Positions 9,186-19,051 of a stretch of 64,000 bases of DNA are shown here, piece by piece. Origin of the DNA: an uncultured Gemmatimonadaceae bacterium (GTDB lineage: Bacteria > Gemmatimonadota > Gemmatimonadetes > Gemmatimonadales > Gemmatimonadaceae); assembly GCA_963843845.1 (NCBI GenBank), contig CAWJMB010000002.1:896001-960000 (forward strand), given 5' to 3'. Below the pieces are notes generated by a model. The model did not search any database, was not told the DNA's origin, and was given only the letters and a program-made list of their open reading frames with translations. The translations under genes were made by a program, and so were the position numbers. The number at the start of each line of letters is the position of its first letter. Position 1 is the stretch's first letter.

Positions 9186-10337
9186 ATGCTCGTGCGACGT
9201 GACTCTCTCGCCGGTGCGGCCGTTCGCGCGTTCGCCGGCTCCCTCGCGCTCGTGACGCTCGCGACGCTCACGGCGTGCGCCGCGCGGTCGACGGCCGGCG
9301 GTCCGACGGTGGCGCACGGCGGGCCGGGCAGCGCGACCGCGTCCCCGCCGTCGTCGATTCGCCCCGACGAGGTGCGCGCCGTGATGTTCACCCTCGCCGC
9401 CGACTCGATGGAGGGGCGCGCCACGGGACGTCCCGGCTCGATGAAGGCGGCGCGCGTCATCGCCGACTGGTTCCGGCGGGCCGGACTCACCCCGGCCGGC
9501 GACAGCGGCTTCTTCCAGCGGGTGCCGATGAAGGAGCGCGAGGTGCGCAACGGCCGGCGCGGCGCGATCGGCGTCGCGTCGTTCGCGGACCTCGACACGG
9601 TGCCGCGCGAGCGGCGGCTGTACGGCGGCAACGTCGTCGGCGTGCTCGAAGGGAGCGACCCGGCGCTGCGCGACGAGGTCGTGCTCGTCGACGCGCACTA
9701 CGACCACCTCGGCGTCGGCACACCGGTTCGCGGCGACTCGATCTTCAACGGCGCCGACGACGACGGCAGCGGGACGGCGGCGGTGATGTTCATCGCGCGC
9801 GCGCTCGCGACAGGGCCCGCCGGCGCGCGCCCGAAGCGCACGATCGTGTTCGCCGCCACGACCGGCGAGGAGACGGGGCTCGTCGGCACGCGCTGGTACA
9901 TCGCGCATCCGGCGCGTCCGCTCTCGCGTACGGTCGCGAACTTCGAGATCGAGATGATCGGGCGCCCGGACTCGCTCGCCGGGGGGGCGGGGAAGGCGTG
10001 GCTCACCGGCTACGACCGCTCGACGATGGGCGACGCGCTGAAGGCGCACGGCATCCCGATCGTCGCCGACCCGCGCCCGGCACAGAACTTCTTCCAGCGC
10101 AGCGACAACATCGCGTTCGCGTACTGCGGCATCCCGGCGCACACGCTGTCGACCTTCAACCTGCACGGCGACTACCACACGCCGTTCGACGAGGCGGACC
10201 GGATGGATTACGACCACATGGCGCGCGTCATCGCGAGTGCCGTCGACGCGGTGCGGCTGCTCGCCAACGACCCGGTGCCGACGTGGAAGCCGAACGGCCG
10301 CCCGACCGCGCCGGCAGGGCGCGCGCCGCAGTGCTAG
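9186..10337 (+). CDS. M28 family peptidase, probable lipoprotein
   Basis: LTAC lipobox, AHYDHLG, GADDDGSG, GEE, RSDN, DYHTPFD. Confidence 0.9.
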   Translation: MLVRRDSLAGAAVRAFAGSLALVTLATLTACAARSTAGGPTVAHGGPGSATASPPSSIRPDEVRAVMFTLAADSMEGRATGRPGSMKAARVIADWFRRAGLTPAGDSGFFQRVPMKEREVRNGRRGAIGVASFADLDTVPRERRLYGGNVVGVLEGSDPALRDEVVLVDAHYDHLGVGTPVRGDSIFNGADDDGSGTAAVMFIARALATGPAGARPKRTIVFAATTGEETGLVGTRWYIAHPARPLSRTVANFEIEMIGRPDSLAGGAGKAWLTGYDRSTMGDALKAHGIPIVADPRPAQNFFQRSDNIAFAYCGIPAHTLSTFNLHGDYHTPFDEADRMDYDHMARVIASAVDAVRLLANDPVPTWKPNGRPTAPAGRAPQC

Positions 10338-10345
10338 GCGACGCG

Positions 10346-10858
10346 TTGAGCGACGAGTGGCTGCCGCTCGACGCGCACCCGGTCGGGCGCATCGTCGCCC
10401 AGTATGCGCGGCGGTCGTTCGTCGCGCAGGAGCCGGACGGCGAGGGGATCCGCATCCACTACGCGCTGCGTCCGCGTGCGGCGACCGAGCTGCCGAACGC
10501 CACGGCGGCCGCGCCCGCGGAGCTCGCGGCGCGGGTCACGTTCGGCACACGCGCGATGGGCCCGCCGGGACACGCGCACGGCGGCGCGACGGCCGCGGTG
10601 CTCGACGAGGCGATGGGGCTCGCGGTGTGGCTCGCGCACCGCGCCGCGGTCGCGGCACACCTCGAGACGGACTTCCGCAAGCCGGTTCCGTTAGGCACCC
10701 CGGTCGTCGTACGCACGGAGGCCGGGCCGTCGGAGGGGAGCGGCAAGGCGCGCGTGACGGCGCGCATGGTCGGCGAGGACGGAACGCTGTACGCCGACGG
10801 GAGTGCGCTGTTCGTGCTGCTCTCGGAGCGGCACACGTTCGCGGGCGGAGGCGCCTGA
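10346..10858 (+). CDS. PaaI/hotdog thioesterase (start uncertain, TTG)
   Basis: GPPGHAHGGATAAVLDEAMG, DFRKPVPLG. Confidence 0.85.
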   Translation: MSDEWLPLDAHPVGRIVAQYARRSFVAQEPDGEGIRIHYALRPRAATELPNATAAAPAELAARVTFGTRAMGPPGHAHGGATAAVLDEAMGLAVWLAHRAAVAAHLETDFRKPVPLGTPVVVRTEAGPSEGSGKARVTARMVGEDGTLYADGSALFVLLSERHTFAGGGA

Positions 10859-10860
10859 CG

Positions 10861-10910
10861 CGACCGCCGACCGCGAACGCCGAACGCGAACGCCGAACGC
10901 GAACGCGACC
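10861..10910. repeat. CGAACGC/CGACCGC tandem repeat between convergent genes
   Basis: cgaccgccgaccgcgaacgccgaacgcgaacgccgaacgcgaacgcgacc. Confidence 0.75.
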
Positions 10911-10912
10911 GC

Positions 10913-11833
10913 CTAACGCAGGCGGAGCGCGCCCTCGCTGACGACGACCGACGCGCCGCCGACGCGCACGGCGGTGATCGCGCCGCCTGCCTTGTCGGCC
11001 GCCAGCTCGAGGCGGCTCGGGCGCCCCATCTCGACGCCCTGCTCGACGATCCAGCGCAGGGTGCCGTCGAGGCGCGGGGTGCGCTTCGCGAGGAATCCTG
11101 CCAGCGCCGCGTTCGCCGAGCCGGTCGCGGGGTCTTCGGGGACGCTGAGGCCGGGCACGAACACACGCGCCCGCGCGTCCGCCTGCTCGGCGTCCATCGC
11201 GACGACCATGATCTCGCGGCTCCACGCGTCGGGCGGGAGGGCGCGCTCCCAGACGTCGAGGCGCACGCGCGCGCGGGCGACGGCGTCGCGCGTGCGGAGC
11301 GGCGCGATGACGAACGGCAGGCCGCAGCTCGCCGTCACCGGCGCCCAGTCGCCGCCCACGAAGTCGCCGTCGTCGAGGCCCAACACGCGGGCGAGCGTCG
11401 GCACGTCGGGCGCCGCTCGCTCCTCGGGGAGCTGCGCGACCGAGAGCTCGGCGAACGTCGGCTCGGAGCCGGTCGGCCCCGTGCGCACGACGACCGGCAC
11501 GTCGCCGACGTTCTCCTCGAGCACGATCCGCGTCTCGTCTCCGCTCGGCGCGAACGCGCCCGTCGCGAACAGCACGTGCGCCGTGCCGACGGTGGGGTGG
11601 CCGGCGAACGGCACCTCGCCGCCGGGCGTGAAGATGCGGACCCGCGCGCGCTGCGTGTCGCCTCCGCGCTCGGCGGGAAGCACGAACGTCGTCTCGGAGT
11701 AGTTGAACTCGCGCGTGATCGCGAGCATCTCGTCGGACGAGAGGCCGCGCGCGTCGAGGAGCACGGCGAGCTGGTTGCCGCCGAACTGGCGGTCGGTGAA
11801 GACGTCGGCCGTGAGGAAGTTGTAGGTGCGCAT
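10913..11833 (-). CDS. PhzF family isomerase
   Basis: DVFTDRQFGGNQLAV, NYSETTF, EVPFAGHPT, EDPATGSA, QGVEMGRPS. Confidence 0.93.
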   Translation of the reverse strand: MRTYNFLTADVFTDRQFGGNQLAVLLDARGLSSDEMLAITREFNYSETTFVLPAERGGDTQRARVRIFTPGGEVPFAGHPTVGTAHVLFATGAFAPSGDETRIVLEENVGDVPVVVRTGPTGSEPTFAELSVAQLPEERAAPDVPTLARVLGLDDGDFVGGDWAPVTASCGLPFVIAPLRTRDAVARARVRLDVWERALPPDAWSREIMVVAMDAEQADARARVFVPGLSVPEDPATGSANAALAGFLAKRTPRLDGTLRWIVEQGVEMGRPSRLELAADKAGGAITAVRVGGASVVVSEGALRLR

Positions 11834-11843
11834 GGCATCTGCT

Positions 11844-12029
11844 GACGGCGGGGTCGGGACGACGGGGTCGATCCGGCGGTGACGGTGAACCGGAGCGGCG
11901 CGGTCACCAGGGCGTCGTCGGTGAGGCGCTGGCTGGACGGCGGAGAATCGATCGTCAGCGCCTCACCGACCGCGCGGCTGCGGGTCGTCGGCACCGCCGG
12001 AGCGACCCCGCCGTCCCGACCCCGCCGTC
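11844..12029. repeat. Long nested inverted repeat in the pruA-phzF spacer
   Basis: Arms 11844-11870/12003-12029 (26 of 27), 11872-11881/11992-12001, 11917-11931/11956-11970. Confidence 0.8.
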
Positions 12030-12045
12030 GTCCACGAGCGGTGCG

Positions 12046-13759
12046 CTACTCCGCGTCGAGGAACGGATACCGGTAGTCGGTCGGCGACGCGAACGTCTCC
12101 TTGATCGCGCGCGGGCTCATCCACCGCACGAGGTTCAGCTTCGACCCGGCCTTGTCGTTCGTTCCCGACGCGCGCCCCCCGCCGAACGGCTGCTGGCCGA
12201 CCACGGCCCCGGTCGGCTTGTCGTTCACGTAGAAGTTGCCGGCCGCGTTGCGCAGCGCGACCATCGCCTGCGTCACCGCCGCGCGGTCGCGCGAGAAGAT
12301 CGCGCCCGTGAGCGCGTAGGGCGACGTGCGGTCCACGAGCGCGAGCGTCTCCTCCCACTTCGCATCGTCGTAGACGGAGACGGTGACGACGGGGCCGAAG
12401 ATCTCCTCGCACAACAGCCGATAATCGGGCGACCGGCTCTCGATCAGCGTCGGGCGCACGAAGTAGCCGGTCGAATCGTCGACCGTCCCGCCGGCGATGA
12501 TCGTCGCGTTCCGCCGCGCGTCGTCGAGATAGCCCGAGATCCGATCGAACGCCTTCCGGTCGATCACGGCGCCCATGAAGTTGCGGAAGTCGCGGACGTC
12601 GCCGACCTGGATCGTGTCCATCATCGCGACGCACCGGTCGCGCACGTCGGGCCACAGCGACTTCGGCACGTAGACGCGGCTCGCGGCCGAACACTTCTGT
12701 CCCTGGTATTCGAAGCCGCCGCGCACGATGCCCACCGCGAGCGCCGCCGGATCGGCCGACGGATGCGCGATGATGAAGTCCTTGCCCCCCGTCTCGCCGA
12801 CGATGCGCGGATACGTGCGGTAGCGCCCCATGTTGCGCCCGATCGTCTCCCACATGCTGTTGAACACGCCCGTGCTGCCGGTGAAGTGCACGCCGGCGAG
12901 GTCGGCGTGCGACAGCGTCGCGTCCGAGATCATGATGGGGTCGCCCGGCAGGAAGTTGATGACGCCGGGCGGCAGCCCCGCCTCGGTCAGCAGCTCCATG
13001 AGGTAGTGCGCCGAGAGCATCGCGGTCGCGGCGGGCTTCCAGACGACGGTGTTGCCCATGAGGGCGGGCGCCGTCGGGAGGTTGCCGGCGATCGCCGTGA
13101 AGTTGAACGGCGTGACGGCGTAGACGAACCCTTCGAGCGCGCGGTAGTCGAGCTGGTTCCACATCGTGTGGTCGCTCGTCGGCTGCTCGCCCAACAGGTC
13201 CTGCGCGAACTGCACGTTGAAGCGCAGGAAGTCGATCAGCTCGCAGGCGCTGTCGATCTCCGCCTGGTGCGCCGTCTTCGACTGGCCCAACATCGTCGCC
13301 GCGTTCACCGTCGACCGCCACGAGGTGGTCAGCAGTTCGGCCGCGCGCAGAAACACGGCGGCGCGGTCCTGCGAAGCTCCAGTTCGACCAGTCGCGGTGC
13401 GCTCGGTTCGCGGCGTCGATCGCGCGCGTGACGTCCTCGGGGCGCGCCTTGTGGAAGTCGGCGAGGACGTGGCGGTGGTCGTGCGGCATCACGGCCTGTC
13501 CGGTGTCGCCCGTGCGGATCGCTTCGCCGCCGACCACGAGCGGGATGTCGATGCGCTCGGTCGCCATGCTCGCGAGGCGGTCCTTGAGTGCCGCGCGCTC
13601 GGGGGAGCCGGGTGCGTAGCTGCGGACCGGCTCGTTGACCGGTGGCGGAACGGTGCGGGCGCCGGAGAATCCCGGGGCGGTGCCGCGCGCAGGGACGGAC
13701 TGAGGCTGCGCGGTCGCGGTCGCAGCGCGGGCGTGGTCGGGGGCGAGGGTCGCGGACAT
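12046..13759 (-). CDS. pruA: L-glutamate gamma-semialdehyde (P5C) dehydrogenase; indel near 13370
   Basis: NEPVRSYAPGSPER, EIDSACELIDF, PFNFTAI, GETGGKDF, FEYQGQKCSA, QQPFGGGRASGTNDK. Confidence 0.92.
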
Positions 13760-13931
13760 CTCTGGTCTTGGCGCGGAGGACGGGGCGGAGGTCGCTGCGG
13801 ACAATCTAACGTCGTCGTCGGGTCGCCTCGGAACGGCGGGACGCCCTACCGAACGGCGGCGCTCACGGCGATACGGCGGGGCTGGACGGGCGGAACGCGG
13901 CGCCGTTCGCTTGCGAGTCCGCAGTCGCCCG

Positions 13932-14774
13932 TCACCCCCGCCGCGTTCGGAGCCCGTCCGCGAGCAGATTCGCGCACAGCACCGTCACGAAGATCGCCGC
14001 CCCCGGAAAGAGCCCGAGCCACGGCTCGGTGCGCATCGCCGTCTGCGCCTGATAGAGCATGCTCCCCCAACTGGCGGTCGGCGGCTGCACCCCGACGCCG
14101 AAGAACGACAGCGCACTCTCGAGCAGGATCCCGCGCCCCACCGCGAGCGCCGTCGCCACCGCCGCGACCGGCAGCACGCCCGGTACGACGTGGCGCGCCA
14201 CGATGCGCAGCGGCGTCGCCCCCGCCGCCTGCGCCGCCGCGACGTAGTCGGTGGCCCGCAGCGCGAGCACGTCCGCGCGCACGACGCGCGCGGTCTCCAT
14301 CCACCCCGCCGCGCCGACGAGCAGCACGAGCAGCGGCACGCCGGGGTCGAGCACGGCCGCTGCGATCATGAGCAGCGGCAGCCGCGGCACGGCGAGCATC
14401 GCGTCCGTGAGGCGCATGAGCAGCGCGTCGAGCCACCGGCCGGCGTAGCCTGCGGTCGCGCCGACGGCGGTGCCGACCGCCGCACTCACCACCGCGCTCA
14501 CGAGCCCGATCGCGAGCGAGACGCGGCCGCCGTAGAGCACACGCGTCACCACGTCGCGCCCCAGCTCGTCGGTGCCGAACGGGTGGGCGAGCGACGGCGC
14601 GGCGCGGCGGCGTGCGAGGTCGAGCGCTTCCGGGGCATACGGCGCGACGAGCGGCGCCGCCGCGGCGAGCACGACGAGCAGGGCGAGCGTCGCGCCGGCG
14701 ACGCGGGCCGGCGTGACCGCCGTTGGCCCGCGCGCCGTCGCTACTGACGACGCCGCGGTCATCGGGGCCGTCAT
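13932..14774 (-). CDS. Peptide ABC permease (DppC/OppC-like)
   Basis: HPFGTDELGRD, ESALSFFGVGVQPPTASWG. Confidence 0.92.
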   Translation of the reverse strand: MTAPMTAASSVATARGPTAVTPARVAGATLALLVVLAAAAPLVAPYAPEALDLARRRAAPSLAHPFGTDELGRDVVTRVLYGGRVSLAIGLVSAVVSAAVGTAVGATAGYAGRWLDALLMRLTDAMLAVPRLPLLMIAAAVLDPGVPLLVLLVGAAGWMETARVVRADVLALRATDYVAAAQAAGATPLRIVARHVVPGVLPVAAVATALAVGRGILLESALSFFGVGVQPPTASWGSMLYQAQTAMRTEPWLGLFPGAAIFVTVLCANLLADGLRTRRG

Positions 14775-14817
14775 GCCGCCGTCACGCCGCCGTCACGCCG
14801 CCGTCACGTCGCGTCAC
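14775..14817. repeat. 11-bp tandem repeat GCCGCCGTCAC, about 4 copies, at the permease junction
   Basis: Direct reading; each unit carries TGA on the coding strand. Confidence 0.75.
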
Positions 14818-15751
14818 GCGTGCGCGGATCGAGCGCGTAGGTCGCGACGTCGGCCACCACGCCGAACAGCACGACAGCGGCCGAGCCGCACATGAGGAAC
14901 GCCATGAGCACCGTGTAGTCGCGCCGCGCGAGGGCCTCGGTGAACAGCCCGCCGACCCCCGGCCACGCGAACACGCTCTCCGTGACGACCGCGCCCGACG
15001 CCATGATCGACGCGTCGAGCAGCACGACCGCCGCGAACGGCCGCAGCGCGTGGCGGAGGGCGTGACGCAGCACGACGGCGCGCTCGCTCACGCCGCGCGC
15101 CCGCGCCGCGTCGACGAACGGCGCCTCCAACGACTCGCGCATTCCGGTCCGGAGGTAGCGCGACCACGCCGCCGCGTGCGCGACGACGAGCACCGTCGCC
15201 GGCAGCACGAGGTGTGCGACGCGGTCGCCGAAGCCGCCACCGAGGAACGACGCGCGCCCCGCCGACGGAAGCCAGCCGAGCGCCGTGCCGAACACGAGCT
15301 GCAGGACGAGGCCGAACCAGAACACCGGAAGCGACAGCGCGGCGACCGCGCCGACGGTCACGGCGCGGTCCGCGCCGCGGCGCACCGACGCGAGCACGCC
15401 GGCGCCGAGCGCGACCGGGACGGCGACGACGAGCGACGTCCCGATCAACTCGAGCGTCGCCGGCAGTCGCTCGATCAATCGCGTCGCGACCGGTCGCCCG
15501 TCCGCGTAGCTGTACCCCCAGTCGCCGCGCACGAAGGCGCCGAGCCACGCGACATACTGCGCGGCGAGCGGACGGTCGAGTCCCATCGCGGCGCGGAGGC
15601 GCGCGATGTCGGCGGGACGAACGTTCGGGTTGTCGAGATACAGCGACAGCGGGCCGCCGGGCGCCGCGTGGATCAGCGCGAAGACGAGGAGCGAGACGAC
15701 GAGCAGCAGCGGCACCGCCTGCGCCACGCGCCGTGCGAGGAACGCGATCAT
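14804..15751 (-). CDS. Peptide ABC permease (DppB/OppB-like)
   Basis: APGGP, GDWGYS, ARARGVSE, TESVFAWPGVG, RDY. Confidence 0.92.
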   Translation of the reverse strand: MIAFLARRVAQAVPLLLVVSLLVFALIHAAPGGPLSLYLDNPNVRPADIARLRAAMGLDRPLAAQYVAWLGAFVRGDWGYSYADGRPVATRLIERLPATLELIGTSLVVAVPVALGAGVLASVRRGADRAVTVGAVAALSLPVFWFGLVLQLVFGTALGWLPSAGRASFLGGGFGDRVAHLVLPATVLVVAHAAAWSRYLRTGMRESLEAPFVDAARARGVSERAVVLRHALRHALRPFAAVVLLDASIMASGAVVTESVFAWPGVGGLFTEALARRDYTVLMAFLMCGSAAVVLFGVVADVATYALDPRTRDAT

Positions 15752-15761
15752 CGCACGACCA

Positions 15762-17393
15762 TCAGGGAGTCGTCGGCGCGATCTCCCACGCCCACACGTT
15801 CCAGAACGGCCCGGCGTTCGTCGGGTTGCCGGTGAAGCCGCGCAGCGTCGTCGGCACGGCGTCGATCTTCGCCGTGTTGTACAGCACGATCTCCGGCACC
15901 AGCTCGGCCACACGCCGCTGCGCGGCCTGCAGCAGCGCCTTCCGTGCCGTCTGGTCGACGGCGCGGTCCGAGGCGTAGAGCAGGCGCGTCAGCGAGTCGT
16001 CGGCGAAGTAGTTGATGTTGCGCCCGGCCGGCGGCGTGCGGTCCTTCGCGAAGAACAGCGTGATCTCCGGGTCGGCGCCGGTCTGCCACCAGTGCAGCAT
16101 CGCGTCGAACTCGCCGGCGAACCAGACGCCGCTGATCGCCGTGCCGTCGATGAGCCGCACCTGCACGCGCACTCCGACGTCGGCGAGCTGCCGTTGGATC
16201 GCCTGCGCGACGTTCTCGCGGATGGCGAAGCCGGCCTGCGTGATCAGCGTGAACGTGAGCCGCGTGCCGTCCTTGACGCGAACGCCATCGGCGCCGAGCG
16301 CCCAGCCGGCGGAGTCGAGGAGGGCGCGTGCCGCGACGGGGTCGAACGCGTACTGCCGCACGTTCGGCTCGTACGCCCACGACGACGGCTGGATCGGACC
16401 GTTCACGACGCGCACCTGGCCGTCGAGGATCGTGCGCACGATCAGCTCGCGATCGATCGCATGCGCCAACGCCCGGCGCACCCGCAGGTCGGCGAACGGC
16501 GGGAAGTGCCGCTCGTTCAGCGTCACGTGCTCGTAGCCGCTGCCGACGACCTGGTTCAGGCGCAGCGCCGGCACGCCGCGCAGCTCGCGCACCTTGTCCC
16601 ACGGCACGAGCGCGACCATGTGGACCTCTCCCGACCGCAGCTGGTCGACGCGCGTCTGCGTCTGCGGCAGGAACCGGAACAGCACCCGCCTGATCTTCGG
16701 AAACTCGGCGCCCCGCCAGTATCCGGGCACGCGCTCGAGGAGAACGTACTCGCCCGTCTTCCACTCGGCGACGCGGTACGGGCCGGTGCCTAACGGAGCG
16801 CGGTTGTAGTCGCTCGCCGCGTCGAGGTCGCGGCCGTCGAGCACGTGCTTCGGGAGCGTGCCGCGGAAGAACTGGAACTGATACGGGGCGTAGAGCTCCG
16901 TGTAGTGCACGACCGCCGTGAGCGAGTCGGGCGTGTCGACCGACGCGATGCGGTCGAACCCGTCGGTGCTCTCCGGCTTCCAGTCGCCCTTGGTGATCGC
17001 ATCGACGGTGAACTTCACGTCGGCCGACGTGTGCGCGCGGCCGTCGTGCCAGCGCACGTTCGGGCGCAGCTTCCACGTGACGTCCATGCCGCCGTCCGGG
17101 CGCAGCACGACGCCCCCGTTCTCGACGGTCGGCACGTCGGCGGCGAGGACCGGCACGGCGCGCCCCCGCTCGTCGTTCGTCACGAGCCCCTCGACGACCC
17201 CGGTCTGGATGTCTTCGAGGATGTGCGTCGCGTAGCGGTTCATCGTGTCCGGCTCGCGGTCGTAGCCGACGACGAGCAGGTCGTTCGACGGCCCGCCGCG
17301 CGCCGCGTCCTTCGCGCAGGCGCCTGACACCCACGCGCCGAACGCGGTGACGCCGGCCGCGATCGCGGCGCGCCGTCGCGCGGACCGCCTCAT
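15762..17393 (-). CDS. Peptide ABC substrate-binding lipoprotein (family 5)
   Basis: SGAC lipobox, LRPNVRWHDG, ADVKFT, GTGPY, VRRALAHAIDR. Confidence 0.92.
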   Translation of the reverse strand: MRRSARRRAAIAAGVTAFGAWVSGACAKDAARGGPSNDLLVVGYDREPDTMNRYATHILEDIQTGVVEGLVTNDERGRAVPVLAADVPTVENGGVVLRPDGGMDVTWKLRPNVRWHDGRAHTSADVKFTVDAITKGDWKPESTDGFDRIASVDTPDSLTAVVHYTELYAPYQFQFFRGTLPKHVLDGRDLDAASDYNRAPLGTGPYRVAEWKTGEYVLLERVPGYWRGAEFPKIRRVLFRFLPQTQTRVDQLRSGEVHMVALVPWDKVRELRGVPALRLNQVVGSGYEHVTLNERHFPPFADLRVRRALAHAIDRELIVRTILDGQVRVVNGPIQPSSWAYEPNVRQYAFDPVAARALLDSAGWALGADGVRVKDGTRLTFTLITQAGFAIRENVAQAIQRQLADVGVRVQVRLIDGTAISGVWFAGEFDAMLHWWQTGADPEITLFFAKDRTPPAGRNINYFADDSLTRLLYASDRAVDQTARKALLQAAQRRVAELVPEIVLYNTAKIDAVPTTLRGFTGNPTNAGPFWNVWAWEIAPTTP

Positions 17394-19051
17394 GCCGCCG
17401 CCTCCATCAGCCGCGCGACGAGCGCCACCGGGATCGAGCCGTGACCCAGCAGCTCGTCGTGGAACGCCTTGAGCGAGAAGCCGTCGCCGAGCGCGCGCCG
17501 GCGGCGCTCGCGCAGCGCGTGGATCTCGCGGGTGCCCAACCAGTACATGATCGCCGTTCCCGGAAACATCGACGCCTTCGTCACCTCGCCGCGCGCCGCC
17601 TCCGCGCTCGCGCCGACCTGCGCGACCCAGAACGCGACGCCCTCGTCGTACGTGATCGCGCCCGTGTGCAGCTCGAGGTCGAGCACGGCGCGCGCGAGGA
17701 AGCGCACCTTCGAGTGTTGCTCCGCGACGCGCTCGAGCGGCGTCAGGAACTCCAGCTCCTCCATGAGCGCCGTCGCGTAGCACGCCCACCCTTCCGCCAT
17801 CGTGCCGCCGCAGAACATCCCGATGCGGCTCGCGCAGTCGACGGCCGCGACTCGTCCGATCCGTGTGGGGGCGCGGTGATAGGCGTGCCAGTTCTGCACG
17901 TGGTGGCCGATCGCGCCGTGATGCACGACGTGATTGAGCGTGACGACGCTCCGGTTCCACGCGCGGAGGTGCGCCGCGGCATCGTCGGCCGGCAGCGGGG
18001 GCACCGCGTACTCGTACGTCGTGTAGCGGTCGAGCGGGGCGGGCGAGCGGTAGAACAGGTAGTACAGGTAGGGCGCCGCCTCGCTCGTCCACCGCGGAAA
18101 CTCGACGTACCGGATCGGCCACGCCGGCCACGTCACGACGTCGTGCTCGGCCGCGCGCGCGTGACACGCCGACCACACCTCGCCGAACACCCGCAGGTAC
18201 TCGTCCGGCGCCGGGTGATCGGCGGCGAGCCACGCCTGTGCGTGTCCCCACGACCCCGCCGTCGCGTGCGCCACCTCGTCCAGCCGGGCGCGCTCGGCGC
18301 CCAACGCGGCGCGCGCCTCGCCGAGCAACGTCGCGATCGGCGTGTCGCAGGCGTGACCGCGCGTGAGCAGCAGCGTCAGCATCTCGCGCCCGCACGCGAG
18401 CGCCTCGTCGGTCGCGGTCGGCCGCGCGCGGAGCCACGCCGCGAACGCCGAGAACGCCGCGCGCGCCGCGTCCGCTCCGTTCACCACCGCGCGCCGGATT
18501 CCGTCCGGCACCGTCGGGTGCGCCTCGATCCACCGCGCGAGCCCGGTCGTGAGCAGGACGTGCGCGCCCGTACACTCGCGAAGCGCGCGCGCCGTCCATG
18601 CCGGGTGCGGGGCCGCGGTGCCTAACGTCGCGCGCGCGTCGCCGAGGAACGGGGGGACGGCCGCCAGCCGCGATGCTGCCGACCGCATGCGCTCGGCGAC
18701 CGGCGCGAAGTCGCGGATCATGAGCGAGACGAGGCCGAAGATCGCCTCGCCGGTCCACAGCGCGGGGTTGCCACGCGGGCCGTGCGCTCCCGCCACCTCC
18801 GCCCGCTGAATCTCGAGAAAGCCGCGCGCCAGCTCGGCGTCCACCTCGTCCGGCCGCGACGGCGTCGCGAAGGCCGGGAGGGCCGCGTGCAGGGCCTCCA
18901 TCTCCGCGTCGAGCGCGGCGAGCCCCGCGGGCGACCAGTCGGGCAGCACGGCGTCGTAGTCGTGCACGCCGGTGCACGTCGCGTTCACCGGGCGCCGCGC
19001 GTAGTAGTGCGCCATGAACGCGTCGAGCGCCGACCCCAGCTCGCCGCTCAT
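17390..19051 (-). CDS. DUF885 family protein
   Basis: PVNATCTGVHDYD, HHGAIGHHVQ, EGWACY, DLELHTG, YWLG, FHDELLGHGSIP. Confidence 0.82.
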   Translation of the reverse strand: MSGELGSALDAFMAHYYARRPVNATCTGVHDYDAVLPDWSPAGLAALDAEMEALHAALPAFATPSRPDEVDAELARGFLEIQRAEVAGAHGPRGNPALWTGEAIFGLVSLMIRDFAPVAERMRSAASRLAAVPPFLGDARATLGTAAPHPAWTARALRECTGAHVLLTTGLARWIEAHPTVPDGIRRAVVNGADAARAAFSAFAAWLRARPTATDEALACGREMLTLLLTRGHACDTPIATLLGEARAALGAERARLDEVAHATAGSWGHAQAWLAADHPAPDEYLRVFGEVWSACHARAAEHDVVTWPAWPIRYVEFPRWTSEAAPYLYYLFYRSPAPLDRYTTYEYAVPPLPADDAAAHLRAWNRSVVTLNHVVHHGAIGHHVQNWHAYHRAPTRIGRVAAVDCASRIGMFCGGTMAEGWACYATALMEELEFLTPLERVAEQHSKVRFLARAVLDLELHTGAITYDEGVAFWVAQVGASAEAARGEVTKASMFPGTAIMYWLGTREIHALRERRRRALGDGFSLKAFHDELLGHGSIPVALVARLMEAAA

